A stretch of 63,722 bases of DNA, filler included, from Globobulimina sp. (GCA_003354225.1; 47 parts of 47 records of this genome joined end to end with filler, not necessarily neighbours in it), one strand, 5' to 3'; counted from the first letter of the whole stretch, positions 12,132-24,454 are shown. A program made the numbers and translations. The notes: generated from the letters alone by a model not told the origin.

Positions 12132-12362
12132 NNNNNNNNNNNNNNNNNNNNNNNNNNNNNNNNNNNNNNNNNNNNTTAATTAATTAANNNNNNNNNNNNN
12201 NNNNNNNNNNNNNNNNNNNNNNNNNNNNNNNTGCTTTTTTTTTGGGAATTAACTGAATATAATATAGAGACTGGTAGGTTTTTTTTTGGCGAAACAGAAT
12301 CTATACAGACATGTTAAACTATAATGAATGGATTAAAAACGTATATTACAATTAAAAAGAAA

Positions 12363-13490
12363 TTATTGTTGATAGTTATTATTTTTGTTTCGACGATATT
12401 GCAATTGATTTGTTGCTCTAACATTCATTCTGTTGCTATCACAATTGTTATAATAGCATTCTAAACATAATAAAACGTTTTCGTATGATTTCATTTGTCG
12501 AACGGGAAAGGAATTTCGACAAGAAACACAATCCCCAATTTTTATTTTTATATCTTTTATATAATTGCCATTATCTCCATTCTTAGCATCATTATTTACA
12601 TTATTATTATTATTCTTATTGTAACCATTATATCCATTAACATTGACATTAATATTATGGTCCTTGCAATCTTCCAATTTTTTATTTTTTTTCGAATTCT
12701 GAACACAATCTTGCTGTTTATATCGCTGATGGTTTGCTTTCTTTCTACCGCCTAATTTGTATTGATCCACAATTATTGATTCAATGTCACGCATTTCCTT
12801 CGCAGTGATACCGTTTCTTTGCTGAGTGATAAAAACACGGCAACAATTCACCGCTTTCTTAACCTTTGGATCATCATCGACATACAGCACATTCTCAGTC
12901 AATACGTTATATTTGCTGCACAACATTTGAATCATTCTTTCTTTCGAATATCGCTGACCATTCTTCTTCTGCTTATTTACATAATTCACAATCTCACATC
13001 CATGGTACAGCACAACATCAAAATAATCGCTCATATTCATATTAATGGCACCAAATAATTTCTGCAAACTTTCTCTCGAATGAAATGTATGCAAAACCAC
13101 ACCCAAACCGGGCTTACATTTCCTCAACGCATTGAAATGATTCTTTAATGGCTTAATTCGCTCCAACTTCCAACCAATCCGTTTGATGTCTTCGTAACTT
13201 AACTCGCAAATATATTCATGCGGGTTTTCTTTTCTTTTACTACATTCTCGGTACAATCGCTGCGCATACACCGTCCCATCAAAATCATAAATGACAAAAT
13301 GAGTGCGGTCCTTCCCACGTACACGTACACATTGATTATTTCCATCAACTTTGTACTCTGAAAACACTGACTTTGAGTTTGAATTTGCCTTCGAATGAGT
13401 TACTGACACAGCCTTTGGCAGCCTCCTGTTCTTCAGCTTATTGTCATAAACATTCCATATCACAGTCCATAACGCCTTCTCCTTCCAGCC
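12363..13490 (-). CDS. HAD-superfamily hydrolase-like protein with Asn-rich tail and Cys motif
   Basis: Motif I VIYDFDGTV, motif IV LYVDDD; C-terminal CxxC...CxxC. Confidence 0.7.
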   Translation of the reverse strand, partial: GWKEKALWTVIWNVYDNKLKNRRLPKAVSVTHSKANSNSKSVFSEYKVDGNNQCVRVRGKDRTHFVIYDFDGTVYAQRLYRECSKRKENPHEYICELSYEDIKRIGWKLERIKPLKNHFNALRKCKPGLGVVLHTFHSRESLQKLFGAINMNMSDYFDVVLYHGCEIVNYVNKQKKNGQRYSKERMIQMLCSKYNVLTENVLYVDDDPKVKKAVNCCRVFITQQRNGITAKEMRDIESIIVDQYKLGGRKKANHQRYKQQDCVQNSKKNKKLEDCKDHNINVNVNGYNGYNKNNNNNVNNDAKNGDNGNYIKDIKIKIGDCVSCRNSFPVRQMKSYENVLLCLECYYNNCDSNRMNVRATNQLQYRRNKNNNYQQ

Positions 13491-13590
13491 NNNNNNNNNN
13501 NNNNNNNNNNNNNNNNNNNNNNNNNNNNNNNNNNTTAATTAATTAANNNNNNNNNNNNNNNNNNNNNNNNNNNNNNNNNNNNNNNNNNNN

Positions 13591-14197
13591 AAATGAATGG
13601 ATTCATTATGGAATGAAGGCAGTTAAGAAAGAGAATAAGCGGTATGGTTTCCACCGCACTCTAAATAAATGGACGAAGTACAGAAATGGTCGAAACAGAG
13701 TGGCAAATAAACAGTTGTCGCTGAGCCAGAATTTGATAGACTGGAAGATTGGATATCATTATGCATATAAAATCGAGATGGATCGCATGTATAGATGGCA
13801 ATGGTGCATTCTTACGCAGTTACGATGTGGGCACAATTGCCTCAATGCACAGAAAAAGTATGGATATGCGACGAAAAATTGTGAGCAGAGTACGTGCATC
13901 GATGAGGAGGAGAATTTGGAGCATTTTATTATGAAATGCGAAAGATTTAAGAGTCAAAGAGAGGAAATGTTAGAATCTATGGATGGAATATTTGAAGGAG
14001 AGTATGGAATCAGTCTCGTTCAGATCGGTTATGATAAATTGATCAAGTTTGTGCTATTTCCATTTCAAAGCGAGTTAATGGAACAACACATCAGAATGGA
14101 TAAGACAGCAAGAGATAGTATGTTAGAAAAAAGAATGGAAATATTGAGGTATTTATGTGAATATGTTAAAAATACAGAGAGATTTGCTCTGAAATAA
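13591..14197 (+). mobile_element. Non-LTR retrotransposon ORF C-terminus (CCHC-type zinc finger)
   Basis: LTQLRCGHNCLN...C-x4-C...ENLEHFIMKC..F...R is the typical LINE C-terminal pattern. Confidence 0.8.
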
Positions 14198-14454
14198 CCT
14201 AGTAAGTTGAACACTTGCTTTGAACTTTTATTTAATTTATGTTTTTTATTTTGTGATTGATTGAAATTGTTTTTGTTTTCGGGTTTGCAGTGTGGTATGT
14301 ACAACTTTGCAATGGATTTGTTTGTTATTGCTGTTTTCAGCGATTTACCTTTGTGATACAATCTTTCTTTTGTGTTGTATTATATCATAGTATTTAATTT
14401 AATTACAAGATACCAAAGTTTTGTTTTCACGACGAACATTGCAGTGATTGGAAA

Positions 14455-14848
14455 ATGCAAATAAAAGGTTATAAGACGGTGGCAATGAAGAAGAATGGAT
14501 ATGGTAAGGTATTGATACTAATACGTAATGGTATACACCACGAAAGAATTAATATTAACTTTAAGCACAACAATGACATCGATAAACAAATTAAAGCGTT
14601 GGAACCATCATTGGCGGACTTCGAGATTCTGAGAACGAATCTGTTAATGTCAAAATTGTATACTGTGACATTAAAAATCTATAGCAACGACATGGGACAG
14701 TCTTATGTCATTAATACGTATTATCGGCCACAAAATGGAGGACTGGGAGGGTCCGACATAAATTTGATAACAGAATACTTGGATTTATTAGCCACAAAAC
14801 CGAATATTATAAAGCATCCGATTTGGACGGGAGGCGATTTTAATGCAC
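14455..14848 (+). mobile_element. Non-LTR retrotransposon apurinic-type endonuclease, N-terminal fragment
   Basis: IKGY...GKVLILIR.GI, INTYYRP and GGDFNA are APE/EEP motifs. Confidence 0.8.
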
Positions 14849-14948
14849 NNNNNNNNNNNNNNNNNNNNNNNNNNNNNNNNNNNNNNNNNNNNTTAATTAA
14901 TTAANNNNNNNNNNNNNNNNNNNNNNNNNNNNNNNNNNNNNNNNNNNN

Positions 14949-16206
14949 GTCCAATAGTCTCTCTAAATACGTTGTATGCTGAAGCGTCCAATGCGCTCAA
15001 CATTATAAAAGGGCTCTCCACGGATAATTCAACATCCGTCTTTTACAAAAAAACCGCCACACGTTCAAATCCGGAAATTGTTAATGTTACGAAATTCAAT
15101 GGATATGATTATGGCTATGGAACCACTGCATTTGATTACTCACACAAATCGGATTTAACACAGGTCTTCCTGAAGAAAATCAATATTGGCACCACCCTTA
15201 ACCCTGATGCCGCTTCTGTTATTGATGTGGGGGTAAACCAGTTCAACTTATCAGTAAACTCAGATACGCATGACATTACCTTTGAAGTTGATTTTGGAGA
15301 TACGAATAAAACGTCTCTGGGAAAAATGGCGGCCGCAATTAATGACGCTGAAACCGGAATAGCGGCAAGCGTGTCCAGCGTATCATCAGATACAATCTAT
15401 CTTAAGCTCAGTGACCAGACCGGTTCATCAAACCCGTTTTCTTTAAAAGATGCAACCGGAAATGCTGTCAGCAGTACCCATGATTATGACAACACAGGTT
15501 CTGACTCTTCATATGAATTTGATATTTCACAACTCGCCAGAGAACAAATCAATAAAGGGACGTTTCTTGACCCGGATGAAAGTTCCGACATTAACACCGG
15601 TACAAATCAATTCACAGTGACGGTAGGATCGAACAGTCATACAATCTCCTTTGCCGTAGATTCAGGAGATACCAATGAAACCGCTTTGGGTAGAATGGCA
15701 GCGACGATAAATGATGCTGACATCGGTGTAACAGCAGGTGTGTTCAATCTATCTGACGATGCCATTTATCTTAAGCTTGTCGGCCGGACCGGTTCGTCAA
15801 ATGCATTCGTATTATCAGACATAAGCGGAAATGCTGTCAGCATTACAGATGCCGACGATATAAGCCAATCTGTTGCGGATTCAAGTTTTACGTTAAACAA
15901 TACTTCATTTACCCGGGAAGATAATCGTGTCTATCTAAAGGATGGGCAGCTGGCAGTCAGTCTTGAAGATACACGCAAAGCCAATGTGACTGTCAGTCAC
16001 GACACCCAATCCAGAGGAGCGTCCATCTCGTCACTGGTAGATTCAATAAATACAATCAGCTCATTTCTTGAATCTGATACGGATATATCACGCGATTTCA
16101 AATCAGACTGGTTTCAGCTTGTTTCAGATTCCACATCGTCTTTGGCCAGATACGGTATTGAAATGGGGCCCGACAGGCAGTTGAGTCTTGATATGAAAAA
16201 GTTAAA
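14949..16206 (+). CDS. Bacterial FliD-like (flagellar filament cap) protein fragment with duplicated ~100-aa domain
   Basis: YEFDISQLAREQ, MAAAINDA..GI.ASV, YLKL...TG, FTLNN..F.R..N and LARYGI...L.LD.KKL are FliD-like; no introns; higher GC than the eukaryotic contigs. Confidence 0.7.
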
Positions 16207-16387
16207 NNNNNNNNNNNNNNNNNNNNNNNNNNNNNNNNNNNNNNNNNNNNTTAATTAATTAANNNNNNNNNNNNNNNNNNNNNNNNNNNNNNNNNNNNNN
16301 NNNNNNGAGTGATTTCGGTGGTCCAAAGGTGTTCCATGCTTTGGATATATTTTTCAAAGTAAAAAAATAGTGCAGTTACTAGTAATC

Positions 16388-17340
16388 ATGGCAGCACTTT
16401 GTAGCGTTTTTAGAAACGATTTATTCGACGGTAAAATAGCAGTTGTAACTGGTGGTGGTTCAGGAATAGGTTTGGTATTCACAAAAATTAAAGTATTACT
16501 ATTTTTTGCCAATAACCAATATTAATTTTTGAACGACAAAAAGGTTTTGCGATTGCAAAAGAGTTGGCATATTTAGGATGCACTGTAATCATTGCCAGCA
16601 GATCCAAAAAACAGCCAAACAAATTGCCAAACGCTGCAAATAAAATCAATGAATTTATAACAGCAACAAAGCCAAACGGTAATAATAAATGCATCGCAGT
16701 AAAATTAGATGTTCGATCCAGCCAATCCATCGAAGATTTTTTCCAAATATTAAGCACCAAACATAATATAAAAATGATTGACTTTTTAATAAATAATGCA
16801 GGCGGACAATATCCGTCGTTATTGCACGATATATCGGAAACAGGATGGAAAACAGTGATTGATTTGAATTTAAATGCAATATTTTTATTATCCAAGTATG
16901 TATTGAAGAAATTTTGGAAAAATAATAGAAACAACAATGATAAAGTGATCATAAATATAACCGCCAATTCTTTCAATGGCATGCCGATGATGGGACATTC
17001 CTCTGTGGCGAGAGCAGGCGTTGAGAATTTGACAATGGTTATGACACAGAATTGGAGTAAATATGGTGTGCGAATCAATTGTGTGGCTCCGGGATTTATT
17101 AAGTCTTCGGGGCTACGGACATATCCTACGATGGTTAGACAACTGATGGGCATCCATGTTAAGGACAATTATCTGTTTAGGTATGGGAGTGTAGAGGAGG
17201 TTAGTAATGCTGTCGTGTTTTTATTATCAAATGGCGCCTCATTCATTACAGGGACATCATTGAGAGTGGACGGTGGCGAGTCGATATATAATCCGTTGTT
17301 ACCACCACATAAACCTTTGTATAAACCATCCAAACTATGA
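16388..17340 (+). CDS. PECR: Peroxisomal trans-2-enoyl-CoA reductase-like SDR, intron 16470-16543
   Basis: SVFRNDLFDGKIAVVTGGGSGIG|FAIAKEL, LINNAGGQ, GHSSVARAGVENLT, FITGTSLRVDGG, and C-terminal SKL (PTS1). Confidence 0.88.
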
Positions 17341-17664
17341 TGGCAGTATTTATATTCCTAAGTCGGTGCATTTTAATTTAAAAAGCATACAAATATACAT
17401 GCAAACTCAGAGAGGTTGTTTTGAATCATCGTGTACATTATCATTAACATTATGAATTCTTTTAACAGCGTTGTCATCCATACTGGCAGTATAATTTGCA
17501 ATTAATTCACAAATCGTCTCATAATCTTCATTTTGAACTACATCACCTCCACTGCCTAAAATATNNNNNNNNNNNNNNNNNNNNNNNNNNNNNNNNNNNN
17601 NNNNNNNNTTAATTAATTAANNNNNNNNNNNNNNNNNNNNNNNNNNNNNNNNNNNNNNNNNNNN

Positions 17665-18272
17665 TTTGTTTGTTGTTGCACCCTCTGCATTAATCCAAGG
17701 GCGTTTATTCATATCAAAAACATTGGGCAAGCCCGAAATACAATTCGTGGAATGAATATATATCGTCATACCGTACAATGCCATTTTAAATTTTTCAAAA
17801 AATTTAATTTCTTTTCGCTCCTCCTCCTCAAAATTGTAATACCTGGACATGGTCAAACAATGTAAGATTATATATTGCCGAAAATATTAAATATAGACAA
17901 AATGAAATGTACTCAACATGAATTTAGCTGCGTTTCCGAAACATGTGACTTTATTCTCATCGTTTAATATTAATTGTGTTTTGGTCTTCTTCCTGGTGGT
18001 GGCCCTTGAATTAGATTTTTGTGTTTGCCCTCTCCATTGATTATAAATAATTACTTTACCGTCATAGGCAAATCCAAGACCTGTGGCATACAAATACGTA
18101 TTTTGCATTGATCGAACATCACAAACATACCACATCCGTTAGTACCAAAATCGATAGCAACATGTAATTTAAATTTGCTCTCTCGGACTTCGAATGGTTT
18201 CTTAATTTGCTGTTCCTCTGCAATTTGTGGAAACTCTTGATATTTCTGTTCAGGTTGGGAGGATCCGCCCAT
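17665..18272 (-). CDS. HSPA12-like atypical Hsp70, N-terminal part, spliced
   Basis: MGGSS start; VAIDFGTNGC|GLGFAY, KTKTQLIL, FGNAAK and FFEKFKMALY across short introns. Confidence 0.8.
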
Positions 18273-18343
18273 TATTGTTTTGATCGGTGAGTCAAGTTTT
18301 AAACAAAAGAAGAAGTTATGGGTCTTATGCCGTGTCAAAAAAC

Positions 18344-18922
18344 TCAAAATTTTTCCATATTTGGTCGCAAATCCAACTCTTGGACCCATGCACTTGGCGG
18401 CTGTTGATGTACAAAATTATACGCATCAGCAATGTCATTTGGATTCATCCATGTCCCATTATCATTTCTTACAATTTTCTCCTTATCATTCATGATCCTT
18501 CCATCCAATATAAAATGTGCACAGTGCACTGCTTTCGGTCCAAATTCTCGCGCTATCGATTGAATTAATGCACGTAATGCAAACTTGGTTGATGCGAATG
18601 AGCCAAATTTAGCCCCTCCACGCATTGCAGCAGTTGCGCCTGTCACTAATATTGATGTTTTATTCCCATTGTTCAACATATCTGGCAACACCAATTGAGC
18701 CCAAATAAAAGCACCTTTTGCACCAATCTGAAAATCTTGTTCATAATTTTTAACATTCAAATCTAAAAAACTAGGCAATGGGAATGATATTCTTGGCGAT
18801 GCATTGAATACCAACACTTCAACACGACCCATAGTGCTTTTTTCATCTGTAATCTCTTTGAATGCTGCTTCACATTGTTCTTGATTTGAAGTATCTGCTG
18901 AACAGCATAAAGTATTTATTGT
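18344..18922 (-). CDS. Short-chain dehydrogenase/reductase, C-terminal part
   Basis: ILVTGATAAMRG...FASTKFALRALIQSIAREFGP..VHCAHFILDG...QQPPSAWVQELDLRP..EKF. Confidence 0.92.
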   Translation of the reverse strand, partial: TINTLCCSADTSNQEQCEAAFKEITDEKSTMGRVEVLVFNASPRISFPLPSFLDLNVKNYEQDFQIGAKGAFIWAQLVLPDMLNNGNKTSILVTGATAAMRGGAKFGSFASTKFALRALIQSIAREFGPKAVHCAHFILDGRIMNDKEKIVRNDNGTWMNPNDIADAYNFVHQQPPSAWVQELDLRPNMEKF

Positions 18923-19022
18923 NNNNNNNNNNNNNNNNNNNNNNNNNNNNNNNNNNNNNNNNNNNNTTAATTAATTAANNNNNNNNNNNNNNNNNNNNNN
19001 NNNNNNNNNNNNNNNNNNNNNN

Positions 19023-20049
19023 GAGTGGTGGACACCCACTTTTCTTGAGACGGTCGGTGGAGCAGTAGAGCAGAAAACATGAAACATGATTAAGTTTGGT
19101 TGTTTCAGATCCATAATATGTTTTCGTTTGATCTTGGGGCTTAGCCTTTCGTTTTTTATTCCTTTGTGTTTTGTAATATTTGGACAATATAATATTGCTC
19201 GGATGATCTACATCGTAACCGGCATACATGCCTTTCTGCATCATACTCTTTCTCACTGCATCTTTTTCGTATGTGCCACCATGATATTTCCACATTCCAG
19301 TATCATTGCCATTGTCATAAATGTCATCATCGTCATCATCGTCATCATCATTGCCATAATCAGGATCATCTTTATCATCAGGTTCCTCTTCTTCAACTAT
19401 CTCATCATCACCACTTATATCCCCTTCATTTTCAATCGGTGTTGGATGTTCAGGGAAAGGGTACTCTGTAGCCCATTGATGAGGTTCATCTGGAATATCA
19501 TATGAACCGTTTGCCAAGCAACGACTGTTCTCTGTTCCGCTACGAACAACAATATGACCCAAACGTCCCAATAGATTCCAAACCTGATGTAACTTGATGT
19601 TGTTAGTTTTGTTGCCGAAATGATCCTAAAAATGTAAATACATGTTGTATAAGTTTGTATAGCCCATGGGAACAAAGATTGATATTCTGGGAGATATCTC
19701 ACTGTTCTTTGGATGAAATGCTGTCAACAATTCCGCATATTCAAATGATACCTTGAAGCTGGTTGACTAGTTTTAGCTATCCTTATATCACATATCAATT
19801 TGAAATGTGCATATGTGTTACATTGTTGGACAAGTTCGACAAACTTACTCGAAGACTCTGTTCTGAAATGGCCACATGTTTGCTGGAACACTTCGAAATA
19901 ATGGATGCATGAAGAATAGGGCCATGTAGAACTATCCTCTTTTTATTATTCTTTTTCTTGATTGAATGAGGATGACACTTTCTGACATGTTTGAACAAAC
20001 TGTCACCCTGATAATTGCACTTTGTGCAGAATGATGATTTTCTAGCCAT
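19023..20049 (-). CDS. Hypothetical protein with N-terminal C2H2-like finger and acidic tract (probably spliced)
   Basis: CTKC...FKHVRKCH at 19795-20049; Asp-rich ORF 19023-19571. Confidence 0.4.
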
Positions 20050-20280
20050 CTGATAAATAGATCAACCTTCCGATGGGGCTAAAGTCTGAATTTGAAATGG
20101 ATGAAGAATGTCCGGATAGAACGGCGCTGATGATGTAATAAATCAAACTTCCAATCGGGCTGAAGTCTGAATTGAAATGGATGTCCGGATAGAACGGCAC
20201 TGATGATGGGATATATCAAACTACCAATTTCTCTGAAGTCTGAATTGAAATGGATGTCCGGATAGAACGTAACTGATGAT
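20050..20280 (+). repeat. ~74-81-bp diverged tandem repeat, 3 copies
   Basis: AAGTCTGAATTGAAATGGATGTCCGGATAGAACGnnnCTGATGAT recurs near 20082, 20163 and 20237. Confidence 0.9.
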
Positions 20281-20548
20281 NNNNNNNNNNNNNNNNNNNN
20301 NNNNNNNNNNNNNNNNNNNNNNNNTTAATTAATTAANNNNNNNNNNNNNNNNNNNNNNNNNNNNNNNNNNNNNNNNNNNNGTTCAATATTTTAAGCATTA
20401 GCAATAAATTAGGACAAGATTTCGAATCAAAAACATTAAAAATTATGGACACAATTATGGAAAAAAACGAAATTTTCGGCGTATCAATACCCTTAAAACG
20501 ACAAACATAATAACATATACAAATTTGGTTTAAACACACAACATAGAA

Positions 20549-21395
20549 CTACATTTCATTGATTTCAGAAGACAATTTTTCAATTCTTTGCTCTAAATTT
20601 CGAATATCCACTTCAGTTTTCCTAATATCAATATCTAACTGATGTAATTCACCATTCATCCCTTGAAATGTATTTATCATTCTTTCATATTTCTCTTTTA
20701 ATCGCTCATACGGTCCCTTTAACGCATCACATGTAAATTTATTCTTTGGTATTTTATCCACAATTAACTTTATTTGCCGCTCATATATTTTCTTACCAAT
20801 TGGAATCACAGGAATATCCACAATTAAATGCTCAAATTTCTCTTTTAATACTTTTTGTATCTGCCACGCATTCTTTTTATCCTCAAAATATTTTAAATCA
20901 TCCTCATCATCAACACGGGTCACAACAATTATCAAATGGTCCCAAAATTGCATATCAAACAAGGTTTCATATTCTTTTAACATTTGCTGGATTGTTCCAT
21001 CAATTCTATCCGCATTCGACATAACCATTACAAATGCATTAATGCCGCCACTTCCTTTCAAATATCTAATCACTAAATTCTTATGATGACTGCATATAGT
21101 TTAATATGAAAACAGTATATAATAAAATATTATTAAAGAATGAATTCGAATAACAACATAAGACTTACATAACTCATCGTGTTTTTGATCAACATCACAC
21201 GCTCCCGGCGTATCAATGACTAATAAAGTTTGTTGCTTTGACCCTCATTGGTATCTATATAACCATTAATTGTCAGACTTGACTGCGGCTCTCTTGTACA
21301 ACCCTTATCCTTTGAAGCACTGGTTTTAAATGGACCCACTTCCCCTCGATTAGATGTATCGCCACAAATTCTATTTCCCAGCGTAGATTTACCAT
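20549..21395 (-). CDS. AIG1/GIMAP-like GTPase with C-terminal coiled coil (spliced; frame change near 21225)
   Basis: GKSTLGNRICG, CT, VIDTPG, GGINAFVMV and FWDHLIIVVTRVD motifs. Confidence 0.8.
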
Positions 21396-21856
21396 GATTC
21401 GATATATATGTATATAGGTTCATTTATGGTTTATGTTCTTATGTTTTTATGGTTTAGTACTAGCTAGTTTAGCTAGCTTACCTACACCCCACACAGTCAC
21501 TATCCATAACGTCAACAAACTAAATAGAGTCGATGGAACATATGGTGTAGGAACCTATGGATTTATTTTATATAGGAACACAAAGTACATATAATATCAA
21601 ACATAAAAACACTGAGTTTATAAAATAAATACAGTAGTNNNNNNNNNNNNNNNNNNNNNNNNNNNNNNNNNNNNNNNNNNNNTTAATTAATTAANNNNNN
21701 NNNNNNNNNNNNNNNNNNNNNNNNNNNNNNNNNNNNNNATGATTTAAGTATTGGAAGATCATCCAATGATCGGGCGAACTGAATTCTCCGAAGTACATAT
21801 TAATATGGTTTCCGGACACGTGGTCGTCACCTTCATCGTTTGAATAAGCAAGCCAC

Positions 21857-21943
21857 CTGTTCGCGACAGTTCGTGCAGAGTTTGCGGACCAGTCTCTGGG
21901 CGAGTACTGCGCGTAAAGAGGCTGCCAGCAGATATGGCTCAAT
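21857..21943 (-). other. Short fragment of a bacterial GspE/PilB-type ATPase (probably chimeric)
   Basis: IEPYLLAASLRAVLAQRLVRKLCTNCRE is the GspE/PilB signature; GC-rich patch. Confidence 0.85.
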
Positions 21944-22996
21944 CTGTCGCAATTTGGTTTGGTGCTGGCGGTGCTCATCACAATTATTATATGTGGTATG
22001 TGCAATGTGTGTGTTGTATACATATATTATATGCACAGTGCTTTTAACTGCAGGATGGGTGGTAATCACGTCAAGAATTTCGCAGGTTCCTCCATTTCGA
22101 ATTTCTATGCAGATGGCGTAAATTTCCACGCTGATGGATTGGTGCATGAGCCAAAGAAATCGCATTTAATGCGATTGCATAATATTTTAGCGCAGCATCA
22201 AAGAGCTTTGTTGCAATCACCTATACAGATTGGGAAAGAAATAGATATTATACCGGTTGGGCAAACAAGGAGCGATGGCAAGACATTCGCGTATGCGTAT
22301 AATTCCACTGACGGCTCAAAAGATAAATTAATATTTGTAGTAAATATGGATAACAGACAATATACTTTGCCATATGAAGGGAAGAATTATGATGTTGCTG
22401 CAAATTCCGTATCTTTAGTTGATAATACAGGCAATGAGTTGTATAACACAGCAAAGGTAAATGCCACCGGGCTGCCCACAGAGAGACTAAATACTGTTTT
22501 ATACCGCAATATGGAATTTGAATCATATTCAGAGCCAGTACCGTTGACTGCAAATACCGGCAAGATACGTCCGGATGCAGTTATTTTCAACAAAACCCCA
22601 TTGGAACAGATTAGATTAACCAATGATACGTTTGAATATTTATATTACTCAACCAATGTTACAGTAAATAATGACATAAATAGTGGATCGTCATTGCAAT
22701 TCACAGGTTGCTGTTTAATTATGTAATTACATTTTGTTAACATTTGTTTTATTTGCAATAATACATAACAGGACAAACAACAAATGCATATATGCTATAT
22801 ATTGATAACGTATATATTGGACAAGTATGGAATGGAGAACACGTTTCTAAAACAATGGCATTTACATTGAAGATTAATGTTGGAATAAGCAAAGGGATAC
22901 ATGTTTTAACCGTTGTTAGCTCATCGTTAGGCATTGATAATTATAATGGTGTCGCGGCCGGAATGCATCCAGGTCAATGCGATAAAAAAGGGCTAA
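21922..22996 (+). CDS. Beta-galactosidase, family GH35 (internal part), introns 21996-22053 and 22707-22771
   Basis: PADMAQSVAIWFGAGGAHHNYYMW|MGGNH...DGLVHEPKKSHLMRLH, PLEQIRLTNDTFEYLYYST, SSSLGIDNY. Confidence 0.88.
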
Positions 22997-23096
22997 NNNN
23001 NNNNNNNNNNNNNNNNNNNNNNNNNNNNNNNNNNNNNNNNTTAATTAATTAANNNNNNNNNNNNNNNNNNNNNNNNNNNNNNNNNNNNNNNNNNNN

Positions 23097-23377
23097 CAGA
23101 ATGCGATGGTGCAGAAAGTCACAGATTGGTGCAGAAAGTAAAATATTTGTTAAGAAATGATTTACTTAAATATTTTAAAGTAAATTCTTTTTTATTGTTA
23201 CAAAGATTGTTAGTGATAGATGAAAATAAACGAATTAATGCATCGAACATGTTAAAACATCGTTGGTATAAAGCTTATTATCAACGATATAAACAAAGGT
23301 TAAATGAAGAAATTATTTTAGATAAAAAAGTATTACAAAATCAAATAAAAAATATGAGCAATATGCCATTTTACTGA
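23097..23377 (+). CDS. Ser/Thr protein kinase, C-terminal fragment
   Basis: Subdomain XI pattern LLQRLLVIDENKRINASNMLKHRW. Confidence 0.7.
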
Positions 23378-23727
23378 TTTTATTATAATTTATTTTTTAT
23401 TCGACAAACGGATTCATTGTTGATTTGTTTGTTTCTTACCAACAAAATATTTTTATTATATATTAATCCTCGATCTCTCCGATCCTCTCTTGTTTTATTG
23501 TTTTTCTTTTACGAGAATGTCCGTTGTAAAACATTTTACGAACATCAACATTGTATTATAATATTTGTTTGTATCATGTTGTTAATTGTTTACTCTCCTT
23601 ATCGGTAATTAATAATTTAAAGTTTATAAAACTCATCGTTGAGTTATATGCATAGTCAGGTTGAAGTTTTTTCTTTTATCAAAAATGTCAAGAATCATTC
23701 AAAGGTGATGATTTCATTTATTCCGAT

Positions 23728-24354
23728 TTGGAAATTCCAATTCTTAGTAAGGATATTGGCAAACATATTTTGAATGTAGATTTAAAAGATGTAAATAATC
23801 CTCAATTCATTTGGCCATATGGCAGTGCACGTCACAGTGGTGAATATATAGCGTATTATATCTCAAATTATGTTGGTTGGTTTCCATGGATACCACTGAA
23901 AAGGATTGGATATAATTTATTAGCATATAATCATGGTGTTGGAACACATTTGGTATATTATTTCCAATGCAAACAACCACAATGTAAAACAGAATTTGAG
24001 GTAAGAATATCATTCGAAAATGGTGTAAATCACATAAAACAATCAATTATACATATTCGGTTCAAGCACTTTGGTTGTGAACATTGGGAACATCACAGAG
24101 AAGGTACAGTAACACGATTTGATACCAAGTCAATGGATTTAAAAGGAAAAAAGGCAGATGAAGTATGGACAGCGCATTTATCGAAGATGCGTGGAACAGA
24201 AAAACAATTGTTTTGTAACACAGATGGACATTTCAGAAATAAAAAAGCAGTTGAATTTGTTTTACATAAATTAAATAAAGAAGAAATTAAAGAAGAATTC
24301 AATGTGTTTAGCAATATTGAAGGACATCCACAAACATGGATGCCCAGTGGTGCA
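23728..24354 (+). CDS. Hypothetical protein with WRKY/GCM1/FAR1-like Cys-His motif, possibly a transposase N-terminus
   Basis: YYFQCKQPQC...(about 25 aa)...CEHWEHH. Confidence 0.4.
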
Positions 24355-24454
24355 NNNNNNNNNNNNNNNNNNNNNNNNNNNNNNNNNNNNNNNNNNNNTT
24401 AATTAATTAANNNNNNNNNNNNNNNNNNNNNNNNNNNNNNNNNNNNNNNNNNNN

